Source of the DNA: an uncultured Thalassospiraceae bacterium
Lineage (GTDB): Bacteria; Pseudomonadota; Alphaproteobacteria; Rhodospirillales; JAPHRK01
Length of the DNA stretch: 64,000 nt
Direction of reading: 5' to 3'
Assembly (NCBI GenBank): GCA_965368165.1
Contig: CBDULT010000006.1
Span: forward strand, 23,385 to 87,384
The position numbers were made by a program, and so were the translations under genes. Below the pieces are notes generated by a model. It made no database searches and had not been told where the DNA came from. It saw only the letters and a program-made list of their open reading frames with translations. Of the stretch, positions 30,592 through 40,757 are shown in pieces (position 1 is the stretch's first letter; every line of letters starts with the position of its first letter).

Positions 30592-30644
30592 CCAGGGTTT
30601 TTAGGGATATTCCCTACGCCTATGGGACACTTTAAAAGTCTAAA

Positions 30645-31148
30645 TTAAGCCTCGCCTACTGTTTCGATCATGGCAGCTTCTACCGCCTCAGCCGCTGTCT
30701 TTCCGCCCCAGATAACAAACTGGAAGGCAGGATAAAAACGGTTGCATTCGCTTACGGCAATTTCCAACAAATCTTCCAGTTGTTCTTCTGAAATCATGCC
30801 TTTCAATAACATCGTATGGCGGAAGAGGGGCAGGTTTTCTTCATCCCAAAAACTAAAATAACCGAGCCACATCTTCTCATTAATCTTAATAAGAAGGCGA
30901 TAAATCTCGTCTTTTTTGTTCTCAGGAACCCGCATATCAAAACTACAGGAGAAATGTAAGGCTCCGGCATGTTCGCTCCAGGCAAAAAACAGGCTGAAGT
31001 CACACCACTTACCAACAATTTCAATGGCGAGTTCGTCGGGGCTGCGTCGATCGCAAGACCATTCTTTGCCAAGCACGATCTCTTCTATAACCTCAAGGGG
31101 GTTCTCAGTCGGGCTGATAAAATCATCAGCGAGTTGAATTCCGGCCAT
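30645..31148 (-). CDS. YbjN-domain protein
   Basis: NPLEVIEE, INEKMWLG.F, ECNRFYPAFQFVIWGGK...ETVGEA; usual neighbour of proC in alphaproteobacteria; start 31148 or 31154. Confidence 0.88.
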   Translation of the reverse strand: MAGIQLADDFISPTENPLEVIEEIVLGKEWSCDRRSPDELAIEIVGKWCDFSLFFAWSEHAGALHFSCSFDMRVPENKKDEIYRLLIKINEKMWLGYFSFWDEENLPLFRHTMLLKGMISEEQLEDLLEIAVSECNRFYPAFQFVIWGGKTAAEAVEAAMIETVGEA

Positions 31149-31220
31149 GTTCATGCTCCCCAGTGCGTTAACCTTAAGGGACAGGACCTTCCCGTAAAGA
31201 TTTTAGAGGCGCTTGTTTAT

Positions 31221-31255
31221 ATACTATATCTAGGGATATACCCGATATGTTGTAT
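31221..31255. promoter_or_regulatory. Tandem NrdR-box-like sites
   Basis: ATACTATATCTAGGGA (31221-31236) and ACCCGATATGTTGTAT (31240-31255) resemble acaCwAtATaTwGtgt. Confidence 0.45.
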
Positions 31256-31370
31256 TGTAACGCCAACCTATCCACTAGGGAGAGATTGCCATAAGGGAGA
31301 CTCGTGACGCAAGGGATGAAAGAGTCGCAAACAAAATTCTTTTGTGGAAAAGATAATTTATTGAGTCAAA

Positions 31371-33029
31371 TCAAGCTTTTCTGACGCAGTTTTTCCCGGC
31401 ATTTTTTGCTTCATAAAGGGCTTCGTCAGCGCGGATGTTCATTTCGGCGGGGTCATCAATGTCCGGGAAAGCCGCAACACCACAGCTAAATGTAGTGATA
31501 AATTCTTCTGATCCAGAATGCTGTTTTACTTTGCTGAACCCATCGCGGATATTCTCAAGCACGGTGACCGCCGTTTTGCCATCGGTGTTTGGTAAAATAA
31601 CGGCAAATTCTTCGCCACCATATCGACCAATGATATCAGAGCGACGTAACCGTTGGCGCAACACCTGAGCAAGACTTTTTATCACCGTGTCTCCGGTCCA
31701 GTGCCCATAGGTATCATTCACGGTTTTGAAATTGTCAATGTCGAGCATGGCGAAAGACAAGGGCATTTTTGCCCGCTTCGCTCGGGAAAATTCATCGCCG
31801 AGCATTTCTTTAATTTTGGTATGGTTGGCGAGGCCAGTCATGCTGTCGCGAGTGATCATCGAACTCAACAGCCGAGCCCGTTCCGCCCTTGCTTTAATAG
31901 AGGAGATCAGGAGTTCCGGATAAACAGGCTTGGCAAAAAAGTCGTCTCCGCCAGTTTTAAGAGCAAGCAATTCTCGCTCAAAACCGCCGTCAGCCGTAAG
32001 GAAAATAATAGGGGTTTGGAAGAATTCTTCCCGTTGGCGGATAATCTGTGCCAATTCAATACCATTGCATCCCGGCATATTGATATCCATCAGGATAATA
32101 TCCGGGTTTAGTTCGTTGAGTGGGCCCATAATTTCCATAGGATTGTAGATGACCTTGGCATGCATCCCCACACCTTCGAGCAAAACTTTATAAAGTTCAG
32201 CAAGGGGTTGGGAGTCTTCGACAATCAAAACACGGTAAGGCTCTGGATCATCTGTGCTGGTAAATTCATCGAGTGTTTCAACGATGCGGGCGATATCGGC
32301 TGGATTGGTCAGGAAGGCGGCCGCACCGCTGCGAACGGCTTGCAGACGTAACTCAAGGCTATCTTGGACCCCCAATAAAATCACAGGAGCTGTCTCTTCA
32401 TCGCCTTCTTTGAGGGAGGTCACGAGGTCAAAGAGGCTGCCATCATTTTCATAACAATCAGCGCCAACGATTAAAGCTGAAGGGTTTCTTGTTTTAAGTT
32501 CTGTCCGCAAAGCATCTGGCTTGTCAAATAATTCAAGCTTGTAGCCGTAATGTTTGAGCTGCGAAGCCAGATGCTCGCCAATGTCCTCATCACCTTCAAG
32601 GACAAAAACGTCACTTTGGCCTTCAGTATTCTCAGGGGGGGTGGTGCGTAAATTTGGGGTAGCTAAGGTATGATAAATATCTGATTCGTTGTTGCTGCTG
32701 GCTTTCAGGTCATTAATGAGGGCTGCAATTTGTTGGCGTTCTTCATGAGAAAGGGCTGCATTTGAATTTTTTACAGCCAGAAGCAGGGTCTGGATTGTTC
32801 TCGCAACACGCCCAACAGCGACAAAGCCTAAAGTCGGTGCTGTGCCGGCAAGTTTATGGACAACATGAATCAGATCATCCAATCTTTCTGGATAACCCTC
32901 CCCCCCTCCGGTTTTTCGGAGAGTTTCCCAAGCTTGGTCCGCTTCATTCAGCTTTTCTGGTAGTTTTAAACCAAAGGCGTCTTTTGCCGCTTGGAGTTTG
33001 GCTTCCAAGATTTTGTCGATATCGTTCAT
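31371..33029 (-). CDS. Diguanylate cyclase, Hpt-REC-REC-GGDEF
   Basis: VHKLAGTA Hpt motif, degenerate first REC, intact second REC (IVEDS, LMDINMP, KP), RRSD I-site and GGEEF. Confidence 0.93.
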   Translation of the reverse strand: MNDIDKILEAKLQAAKDAFGLKLPEKLNEADQAWETLRKTGGGEGYPERLDDLIHVVHKLAGTAPTLGFVAVGRVARTIQTLLLAVKNSNAALSHEERQQIAALINDLKASSNNESDIYHTLATPNLRTTPPENTEGQSDVFVLEGDEDIGEHLASQLKHYGYKLELFDKPDALRTELKTRNPSALIVGADCYENDGSLFDLVTSLKEGDEETAPVILLGVQDSLELRLQAVRSGAAAFLTNPADIARIVETLDEFTSTDDPEPYRVLIVEDSQPLAELYKVLLEGVGMHAKVIYNPMEIMGPLNELNPDIILMDINMPGCNGIELAQIIRQREEFFQTPIIFLTADGGFERELLALKTGGDDFFAKPVYPELLISSIKARAERARLLSSMITRDSMTGLANHTKIKEMLGDEFSRAKRAKMPLSFAMLDIDNFKTVNDTYGHWTGDTVIKSLAQVLRQRLRRSDIIGRYGGEEFAVILPNTDGKTAVTVLENIRDGFSKVKQHSGSEEFITTFSCGVAAFPDIDDPAEMNIRADEALYEAKNAGKNCVRKA

Positions 33030-33201
33030 TCCTTACCCCAAGTATTAAGGGTTGTTCTTCTTATCGTCATTAATAATCAAGACAAGATAGAATCCCTTTA
33101 GATTTTTGGCCCATTTTCTTTTATTTATCTCTTTAAATACAAGGGGGGTTTTACCACTGAATTCAAGACAAAAAAGGGGAAATTCCTTAAAGTCCTCATT
33201 C

Positions 33202-33222
33202 GGTATAGCTAAAATTTATACC
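33202..33222. promoter_or_regulatory. Putative LysR recognition site
   Basis: GGTATA-N9-TATACC inverted repeat about 20 bp upstream of a TAGACA -35-like hexamer, ahead of the ABC operon that ends in a LysR gene. Confidence 0.5.
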
Positions 33223-33362
33223 TCACTGTGAAATTGTCATTAGACATAATAGCCAAACCCGCCTTAGTATAACCGTCAATAACTGTCTTTAAGGCGGTAG
33301 ATAGCCATCTTGTATATCAAGGCGGTCACATTAAACTCAAGATACATATAACGGGGAGTTCA

Positions 33363-34628
33363 ATGACTAAAAAATCAATTACCGGGGTTTCGAGCCCTAT
33401 TTCAATCTCGCGTCGTACCTTTACCAAAGGGCTGGCCGCTAGTACGGCAGCTTTGGCTGGTGGTTTCTCAATTATCGACCATGCTCATGCAGCTAAACCG
33501 CTAAAGCTCGGCATTTTGTCTCCGGAATCCGGTTTCTTTGCTCGTGAAGGCCAAGCGTGCCGCCGGGGTTATGAGTTGGCTGGGCCGATGCTTGCTGATA
33601 TGGGCATGCCTGTTGAGATGATGTTTGCCGATACGGAATCCAGTGCTGACAAAGCGCGGACCGCTGCAGAAAAATTGATCAACGAGGGGGCAAATGTTCT
33701 TATTGGTGCTTTTGTTTCGGGCCATACCATGGCGATTGCCCAGGTGGCTGAACAAAAAGGTATTCCGCATATTATTAACGTTGCGGCGGCACCTCAGATT
33801 ACCAAACAAGGCTATAAGTACGTCTTCCGTAACTTTGCCACTGGCCCCATGTTGATCATGAATGGTTTTGGCTTGATCAAAGACCTGTTCAAGGCGACAG
33901 GCGTCACGCCAAAGACTGCTGTATTCATGCATGTGAACGATACATTTGGTAAGTCGATGGCTGGTGGGGTGAAAGCATTAGCACCTCGGATGGATTTACC
34001 TTTTAAAATCGTTGAAACCATTGGTTATGACCCTAAAGCCAAAGACCTGTCCGTAGAGATTGCTAAAGCGAAAGCGACCAAGGCTGATATCTTATTACCA
34101 GCTTCCCACGGTCCAGATGCCATCATGATGGTACGGGAAATGGTTAAGCAACGGTGGGAGCCTATGGGCATTATGACCCCTGGCGCACCGGGAACTTATG
34201 ACCAAGCTTTCTTTAAAACTCTGCAACGGTTCTCTGAGTATGTCATCGCGAATGTGCCCTGGATGGACCCCAAGGTGGATATGACCAAAACCTTGGCGGC
34301 TGGCTTTGCCAAGAAATATCCAGACGATATGATGGAATTGAATGTTGGCTTTAGTTTTGAGGCAGCTTTAATTGCGGCGGACGCCTACAAACGGGCCGGC
34401 TCTTCAAACCCTGATCAGTTGGCGGCGGCCTTGCGGGAAACCAACATCATGAACCACGTGATGGTTGGGGGACCAATTCAGTTCAATGAAGAAGGTCAGA
34501 ACGTCAATATTAAGTCGACGACGCTTCAAAATCTTGACCGCAAGCCAACGGTTGTATTGCCTGCCGGTTCGGCGGAGGCCAGTCCGGTCTTCCCCATGCC
34601 AGGTTGGCGGGATGCAATGCGGAAATAA
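33363..34628 (+). CDS. Liv-type ABC transporter substrate-binding protein
   Basis: Tat-like signal (SRRTFTKG...AHA), type 1 periplasmic binding fold pattern. Confidence 0.92.
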   Translation: MTKKSITGVSSPISISRRTFTKGLAASTAALAGGFSIIDHAHAAKPLKLGILSPESGFFAREGQACRRGYELAGPMLADMGMPVEMMFADTESSADKARTAAEKLINEGANVLIGAFVSGHTMAIAQVAEQKGIPHIINVAAAPQITKQGYKYVFRNFATGPMLIMNGFGLIKDLFKATGVTPKTAVFMHVNDTFGKSMAGGVKALAPRMDLPFKIVETIGYDPKAKDLSVEIAKAKATKADILLPASHGPDAIMMVREMVKQRWEPMGIMTPGAPGTYDQAFFKTLQRFSEYVIANVPWMDPKVDMTKTLAAGFAKKYPDDMMELNVGFSFEAALIAADAYKRAGSSNPDQLAAALRETNIMNHVMVGGPIQFNEEGQNVNIKSTTLQNLDRKPTVVLPAGSAEASPVFPMPGWRDAMRK

Positions 34629-34631
34629 AAT

Positions 34632-35504
34632 ATGACTTGGGATATAATCGCCAACATTCTTGTCGGCGGTGTCCTGACCGGTTTGGTTTACGCTCTGATG
34701 GCCCTTGGGCTCTCCGTGATTTTCGGGGTCATCAGAGTGGTTAACTTCGCCCATGGGGAGATGATGGCTTTGGCAATGTATGCTGCTTTTGTCACCTTCT
34801 CCACCTTCGGTCTCGACCCGCTCCTTGCCACACCAATTATTGCCGGAGGGTTATTCCTTTTAGGGTATGTCATGCAAAGGGTTATCGTTGATCCTTTTGT
34901 TACCCGGCCTGAGCATGAACAGTTTATCCTTTTGCTCGCCGTTGCCATTTTACTGGTGAACGGGCTGCTGCTGGTTTTTGGCCCCGATGCGCAAAGTATT
35001 ATGGTGGAATATGGCTTCGACTCTTATGAGATCGGGCTGCTTATTGTGGATAAGGTAAAGGTCTATGCGGCGGGGGCGGCGATTGCCGTTGCCCTCTCTC
35101 TCTTGCTGTTTTTCAAGTATACCCGTACAGGCAAAGCTATCCGTGCCTGTTCGGATAATTTGCTTGGGGCCCAGGTTGTGGGCTTGAATATTAAAAACCT
35201 CTATGCCCTAACCTTTGGGCTTGGGGCGGCTTGTGTCGGGGCGGCGGGGTGTTTGTTGAGTATGCTCGTGGATATCACGCCTATGCTGGCACCTGAGCTG
35301 ACCTTATTAGCCTTTATCATTGTCATCATTGGGGGGTTAGGGAGCTTAAGTGGTGCCTTGCTTGGCGGGGTTCTTATCGGTGCTTCAGAAGCTATGGCGG
35401 GGCTGATGATTACCCCTTCCATGAAATCTCTCTTCAGTTTTGGCCTTCTTATTTTGGTCCTGGCAATTCGTCCTCAAGGACTGATGGGGAAAAGGTCTTC
35501 ATGA
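34632..35504 (+). CDS. Liv-type ABC permease (LivH-like)
   Basis: GLSVIFGVIRVVNFAHGE, GKAIRA, IGGLGS, RPQGL. Confidence 0.95.
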   Translation: MTWDIIANILVGGVLTGLVYALMALGLSVIFGVIRVVNFAHGEMMALAMYAAFVTFSTFGLDPLLATPIIAGGLFLLGYVMQRVIVDPFVTRPEHEQFILLLAVAILLVNGLLLVFGPDAQSIMVEYGFDSYEIGLLIVDKVKVYAAGAAIAVALSLLLFFKYTRTGKAIRACSDNLLGAQVVGLNIKNLYALTFGLGAACVGAAGCLLSMLVDITPMLAPELTLLAFIIVIIGGLGSLSGALLGGVLIGASEAMAGLMITPSMKSLFSFGLLILVLAIRPQGLMGKRSS

Positions 35505-36514
35505 TGGATAGACTATTTGGTGGGATGCCGAAAAGAGCCTTGGTTCTTCTCGGCCTGATGATAGCGGTTTTGGTCATTGCTCCGGCTTTGGTGAATGCTT
35601 ATGTGCTATCGGTCATTTTAATCACGCTCTATTTTGCCTATGTTGGGCAAGCCTGGAACTTAATGATGGGCTATGCCGGGCAACTCTCTTTGGGTCACAC
35701 GCTTTATGTGGGGCTGGGGGCCTATACCTCGGCGGCTTTGTTTGTCCATTTTGGCCTCTCCCCTCTCATTGGCTTGTTCGTTGGCATCGTGATTGCTGTC
35801 GCTGCGGGTGCCTTGATCGGTTCCATGGCCTTTCGCTTTGGTATTGGCGGGGTTTACTTTGCCTTGCTCACCATCGCTTTTGCCGAATTCACCCGCATTC
35901 TGTTTGAGCATTTTGAATGGGTGGGGGCTATGTCTGGCCTGTTTTTGCCTGTTGAAAACCGGGACGGAAATGACTTGCTGAACCTTCGGGGTGGCCCGGT
36001 GATGTTTTATTATGTCATCTTGTTTCTTTGCTTTGCCGCCCTTGGGGTTAATCAATGGTTGATGAAATCACGCCTTGGTTATTACTGGATGGCAATCCGT
36101 GAAGACCAAGATGCGGCCCAAGCTGTGGGGATCAACACCTTCCGCTATAAAATGATTGCGGTGATGATCTCAGCCGCGATGACTTCTTTAGGCGGTGTGT
36201 TTGTTGCTTTTTATTACAACAACCTTTTCCCCCCTGATGCTTTTGGTATGCATCGATCCATCGAACTTATCTTGGCGCCGATTATTGGCGGCATGGGAAC
36301 CCTCTTTGGCCCCATTTTAGGCGCCTTTATCCTCACCCCTTTAGGGGAAGGTTTAACCATATTGATGGAAAGCATGGGCATTCAAGCGGCGGGCGTAAAA
36401 CAATTGTTTTATGGAATTATCCTGCTTGTCATTATCCGCTTTGTCCCCGGCGGAGTCTGGCCGTGGGTTTCAAAAGCAGTGGGGATAGATAAAAGAATGA
36501 AGGGGAAAAACTGA
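35501..36514 (+). CDS. Liv-type ABC permease (LivM-like)
   Basis: WNLMMGYAGQLSLGH, YFALLT, AIREDQDAA, GGMGTLFGP. Confidence 0.95.
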   Translation: MMDRLFGGMPKRALVLLGLMIAVLVIAPALVNAYVLSVILITLYFAYVGQAWNLMMGYAGQLSLGHTLYVGLGAYTSAALFVHFGLSPLIGLFVGIVIAVAAGALIGSMAFRFGIGGVYFALLTIAFAEFTRILFEHFEWVGAMSGLFLPVENRDGNDLLNLRGGPVMFYYVILFLCFAALGVNQWLMKSRLGYYWMAIREDQDAAQAVGINTFRYKMIAVMISAAMTSLGGVFVAFYYNNLFPPDAFGMHRSIELILAPIIGGMGTLFGPILGAFILTPLGEGLTILMESMGIQAAGVKQLFYGIILLVIIRFVPGGVWPWVSKAVGIDKRMKGKN

Positions 36515-37242
36515 TGGCAAAACCTCTTCTTCAATTAAATCAACTTTCAAAATCCTTCAAAGGCTTACAGGCTGTTGATGGGGTGTCAATTGAAGTGCCT
36601 GATGGGGCGATCAATGCTCTGATTGGTCCTAATGGGGCCGGAAAAACCACCATCTTCAATATGATTGCTGGTGTTTTTCCGCCAACGGAAGGCCAGGTGA
36701 TTTTCGATGGGCAGGACATCACAGGGCAACGCCCTGATCAGGTTTGCCAGGCGGGAATTGGCCGGACCTTTCAGGTGGTTAAGCCTTTTAACGATCTATC
36801 GGTTTTAGATAATGTTTTGGTCGGTGCTTTGCGTAAAACGCCTCACGTTGATGAGGCCCGAGAAGATGCTCGGTCAATTCTTGATCGACTTGGTTTGAAA
36901 AGTAAGGCTCAGCAAATGGCCTCAAATCTCACCTTGCCTGAACGCAAGCGTTTAGAGGTTGCGAGGGCTTTAGCCACGGGGCCAAAAATACTTTTACTCG
37001 ATGAGGTGATGGCTGGTTTACGGCCCATGGAAACCGACGAGATGGTAATCTTTTTTAGAACCCTCAATAAGGACACAGGCATCACTATCTTTTTAATTGA
37101 GCATGTTATGCGAGCGGTGATGGCTCTGTCTGAGCGGGTCTATGTAGTTAATTACGGCAAGTTGTTGGCCCAAGGGACTCCTGATGAAGTGGTCAATGAT
37201 CAAGCGGTGCTCGATTGTTATTTGGGTGAGGAGGCCTTTTAG
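36514..37242 (+). CDS. Liv-type ABC ATP-binding protein (LivG-like)
   Basis: GPNGAGKTT, GIGRTFQ, LLLDE, IEH. Confidence 0.95.
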   Translation: MAKPLLQLNQLSKSFKGLQAVDGVSIEVPDGAINALIGPNGAGKTTIFNMIAGVFPPTEGQVIFDGQDITGQRPDQVCQAGIGRTFQVVKPFNDLSVLDNVLVGALRKTPHVDEAREDARSILDRLGLKSKAQQMASNLTLPERKRLEVARALATGPKILLLDEVMAGLRPMETDEMVIFFRTLNKDTGITIFLIEHVMRAVMALSERVYVVNYGKLLAQGTPDEVVNDQAVLDCYLGEEAF

Positions 37243-37947
37243 ATGCTTAAAATTGAAAACCTCCACCTATATTATGGCGATGCCCAGGCCCTTTCCGACG
37301 TTTCGTTACAAGTGCCGGATGGAGAAATTGTTGCCATCGTTGGGGCCAATGGGGCGGGGAAATCTTCCCTGATTCGCACCATTGCGGGAATTGAAAAACC
37401 TGCGCAAGGCACCATTGTTTTTGATGGGCAGGACATTACGGGTCAACCAAGCTACAAGGTCTGTGAGCTTGGGTTAGGGCAAGTGGCGGAAGGGCGACAG
37501 ATCTTCCCCTCTATGACCATCAAAGAAAACTTGGAAATGGGAGCGGTTATCAACCGTGGACGGGCCAAGGCCGATCAAAATTTTGAAAGAGCCGTGACCA
37601 TCTTTCCTCGCCTGAAAGAACGCTTGGATCAAGCTGCCGGGACCTTGTCCGGGGGGGAGCAACAGATGCTGGCGATCGGTCGGTGCCTCATGGGAGAGCC
37701 GAAACTGATCATGTTTGACGAGCCATCCTTAGGTTTGGCGCCGGCATTGGTCCAAGAGGTCTTCCAGGTAATCCATCGTCTCAATGATGAAGGCATTACC
37801 GTGGTGCTGGTAGAGCAAAATGTTGCGGTGTCTCTGAAAATGGCCAACCATGCCTATGTGCTGGAAAATGGCCATATGGTGATGGAAGGGACTGGAGAAG
37901 AACTCCTCAATGATGATCGGGTTCGCCAAGCATATCTAGGGTTATAG
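37243..37947 (+). CDS. Liv-type ABC ATP-binding protein (LivF-like)
   Basis: GANGAGKS, LSGGEQQMLAIGR, DEPSLGLAP, VEQN, AYLG. Confidence 0.95.
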   Translation: MLKIENLHLYYGDAQALSDVSLQVPDGEIVAIVGANGAGKSSLIRTIAGIEKPAQGTIVFDGQDITGQPSYKVCELGLGQVAEGRQIFPSMTIKENLEMGAVINRGRAKADQNFERAVTIFPRLKERLDQAAGTLSGGEQQMLAIGRCLMGEPKLIMFDEPSLGLAPALVQEVFQVIHRLNDEGITVVLVEQNVAVSLKMANHAYVLENGHMVMEGTGEELLNDDRVRQAYLGL

Positions 37948-37951
37948 GCTG

Positions 37952-38884
37952 ATGGACCTCAAACAGCTTCGCCATTTTGTCGCCGTTATTGAGCATGGGA
38001 ATATCCTCAGGGCAGCCGCTGCTATCCACATTTCTCAACCTGCTCTCAGCAAAAGCGTCCAAAAACTTGAAGCTTCGGTCCAGGCCCCCTTGCTTGAGCG
38101 CACCATCAGAGGGGTGACCCCTACTTTGTTTGGCGAGACGCTTTATAAACACGCCAAGCTTATCCTCAGTCAAACCCAACAAGCCTTGGAAGATATCGGT
38201 TCCTACCGAGAAGGGTTTAAGGGGCATATTAAGATTGGTTTAGGGGCGAGTTTTGCCGGATTTATGTTGCCGGAAGCGGTGATTAATCTGCTTAAAAAGC
38301 GGCCAGAGATAACCTTCTCTGTGGTGAGCAAGCCTTACGAAGAACTGATCCCGATGTTAGAGCAGGGAGAACTCGACGCTGTCTTAGCCTTGTTCCCCCC
38401 CAATCCGTTAAATGCCGACCTGTGCTATGAACCACTCATTTCCAGTGATTTTAAGACTGTTTGCCGTTCTGAGCACCCTTTAGCTGATAAAAAAAAGGTT
38501 TCGTTGCAGGACTTAGCTGATAGTGAGTGGGTTTTATTTGACCGCCCTCAGGCGGCTAAAATCCTTCACGCGCAAATTTTTACCGATGCAGATATTCCAG
38601 CCCCAAAGCCCGTGATTGAAACCAGTTCAGTCTTTTTCATGAAGGCAACACTTTTGCAGGGGGATTTTTTAAGTTTTGTCCCTCCGGGGTTGGTGATGGA
38701 AGAACTGAATAACGGTAGTTTGAAAACCCTTGATGCCGATACGCCCCCTTTCCGTATGAAGGCAGGTATTATCTATCGTTCGACCGGGGTGCAACAAACC
38801 ACGACAACAGCTATTATTGAAGAAATTAGATCAATTCGTGACAAACATGGCCCGGTTTCAGAGGCGCAAACGATAGCCAATTGA
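37952..38884 (+). CDS. LysR family transcriptional regulator
   Basis: MDLKQLRHF...SQPALSKSVQKLE HTH plus substrate domain. Confidence 0.96.
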   Translation: MDLKQLRHFVAVIEHGNILRAAAAIHISQPALSKSVQKLEASVQAPLLERTIRGVTPTLFGETLYKHAKLILSQTQQALEDIGSYREGFKGHIKIGLGASFAGFMLPEAVINLLKKRPEITFSVVSKPYEELIPMLEQGELDAVLALFPPNPLNADLCYEPLISSDFKTVCRSEHPLADKKKVSLQDLADSEWVLFDRPQAAKILHAQIFTDADIPAPKPVIETSSVFFMKATLLQGDFLSFVPPGLVMEELNNGSLKTLDADTPPFRMKAGIIYRSTGVQQTTTTAIIEEIRSIRDKHGPVSEAQTIAN

Positions 38885-38918
38885 CGGACCACAAGAAGAC
38901 TAAGTTGGAGAGAAGAAC

Positions 38919-40757
38919 ATGCCTAAACCAGATATAGCCCTTTTAGATTTCGCACCGGCGGAAGTAGATGTAGAGAAACTTGATGGAGGGGGAATGATCC
39001 TTCGTTCTCCCATGGCGTTACAGCCCTATGGAAGCTGTTTAGGCGAGTTCATCCGTCATTGGTCGTCTGTTGCTCCTGATAGAGTTTTCCTGGCGGAACG
39101 CAATGAAGAGAATGGCTGGCGTAAGGTCACCTGGGGCGAAACCCGTGATCTGGTAGAATCCATCGGACAGGCCCTGCTTGACCGGGACCTTTCTGAGGAA
39201 AGACCTGTGATGATTTTGTCCGATAATTCGGTCAACAATGGCTTGCTGCAACAGGCCGCCATGTATGTCGGTATTCCGGTCGCCCCGATCTCTCCGGCTT
39301 ATTCCCTAATGTCCCGAGATTTTGCTAAGCTGAAACATATTTTTTCAGTGGTCACCCCCGGCTTGATCTATGTGGAGAATGGGAATTTCTTTGCTAAAGC
39401 TCTTGAGTCTCTTGACCTTGAAGGTGTGGAAGTGGTGGTGGGAAGCAAAATTCCTGTGACCTTAGAAGCAACGGAGTTTTCCGAATTAATGGAAACCGAT
39501 GCGGGGACGGAAGTCGAAGAGGCCTTTGCGAAAGTGGGGCCGAAAACATTGGCTAAAATACTCTTTACCTCTGGATCAACGGGGATGCCTAAAGGGGTCA
39601 TTAATACCCAGGAGATGATGTGTTCTAACCAGCAAGCTATTGCCCAAATATGGCCTTTCCTCAAAGAAAAACCCCCGGTTTTGGTCGATTGGCTTCCCTG
39701 GAACCATACCTTTGGTGGTAACCACAACTTCAATATGATCATCAAAAATGGCGGGACCCTATATGTGGATAACGGCAAGCCTGCGCCTGGTTTGATTGAG
39801 AAAACTGTTGATATTCTGCGTGAAATCTCTCCAACCATGTATTTCAATGTGCCCCGTGGCTTTGATATGCTGACCCCTTACTTAGAGAAAGAGCCTGCCT
39901 TGCGGGATAACTTCTTTAAAGGGTTGGATTTTATTTTCTATGCTGCGGCTGCCTTGCCCCAATCGTCATGGGAAAAGCTTGAAAACCTGTCAATTGAGTC
40001 GCGGGGGGACCGGGTGTGCATGTTGTCAGCCTGGGGATCAACTGAAACTGCCCCTATGTCGACCTCGGTTCATTATCCTATTGAAAAAGCGGGCGTGATT
40101 GGCCTGCCAGCTCCGGGAACAGCGATCAAGATGGTTCCTAATGCCGGAAAACTGGAATTACGTATTAAAGGGCCGAATGTGACCCCTGGTTACTTCCGTG
40201 ATGCTGCAAAAACCAGAGAGGCTTATGATGAAGAAGGCTATTACATCATTGGCGATGCTGGAAAATTTGCTGATCCAGAAAATCCCAGTGCAGGGATTGT
40301 CTTTGACGGGCGAACCGCTGAAGACTTTAAGCTCACAACGGGAACCTGGGTGAGCGTGGGAACTCTTCGCGTCAATGCCCTCGCTGCAACGGCACCGCTC
40401 ATTCAGGATGCGGTCGTCACCGGACATGATAAAGAAGAACTGGGTTTGTTGCTATTCCCCAACCCTATGGGCTGTGTTTCAGCTTGTGGCCTCGACCCGG
40501 ATACCCCTTTTGATGATATTATCACCCATGGAGATGTTATTGCTAAACTAAAAGCTGGATTGGAACTTCATAACAGAGCTAATCCAGCCAGTAGTACGGC
40601 GATTAAAAGAGTAATCTTCATGACTGAACCCCCCAATATTGACGCGGGAGAGATCACCGATAAAGGCTATATTAATCAACGGGCCGTGCTTGAATGCAGA
40701 GCCGCTCAAGTTGAGACGCTCTATGCGGGTGGGGAAGGGGTTATACAAATAGAGTAA
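38919..40757 (+). CDS. fcs: Feruloyl-CoA synthetase-like acyl-CoA ligase
   Basis: FTSGSTGMPKGV, DWLPWNHTFGGNHN, GSTETAP, FDGRTAEDFKLTTGTWV, EITDKGYINQ. Confidence 0.88.
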   Translation: MPKPDIALLDFAPAEVDVEKLDGGGMILRSPMALQPYGSCLGEFIRHWSSVAPDRVFLAERNEENGWRKVTWGETRDLVESIGQALLDRDLSEERPVMILSDNSVNNGLLQQAAMYVGIPVAPISPAYSLMSRDFAKLKHIFSVVTPGLIYVENGNFFAKALESLDLEGVEVVVGSKIPVTLEATEFSELMETDAGTEVEEAFAKVGPKTLAKILFTSGSTGMPKGVINTQEMMCSNQQAIAQIWPFLKEKPPVLVDWLPWNHTFGGNHNFNMIIKNGGTLYVDNGKPAPGLIEKTVDILREISPTMYFNVPRGFDMLTPYLEKEPALRDNFFKGLDFIFYAAAALPQSSWEKLENLSIESRGDRVCMLSAWGSTETAPMSTSVHYPIEKAGVIGLPAPGTAIKMVPNAGKLELRIKGPNVTPGYFRDAAKTREAYDEEGYYIIGDAGKFADPENPSAGIVFDGRTAEDFKLTTGTWVSVGTLRVNALAATAPLIQDAVVTGHDKEELGLLLFPNPMGCVSACGLDPDTPFDDIITHGDVIAKLKAGLELHNRANPASSTAIKRVIFMTEPPNIDAGEITDKGYINQRAVLECRAAQVETLYAGGEGVIQIE

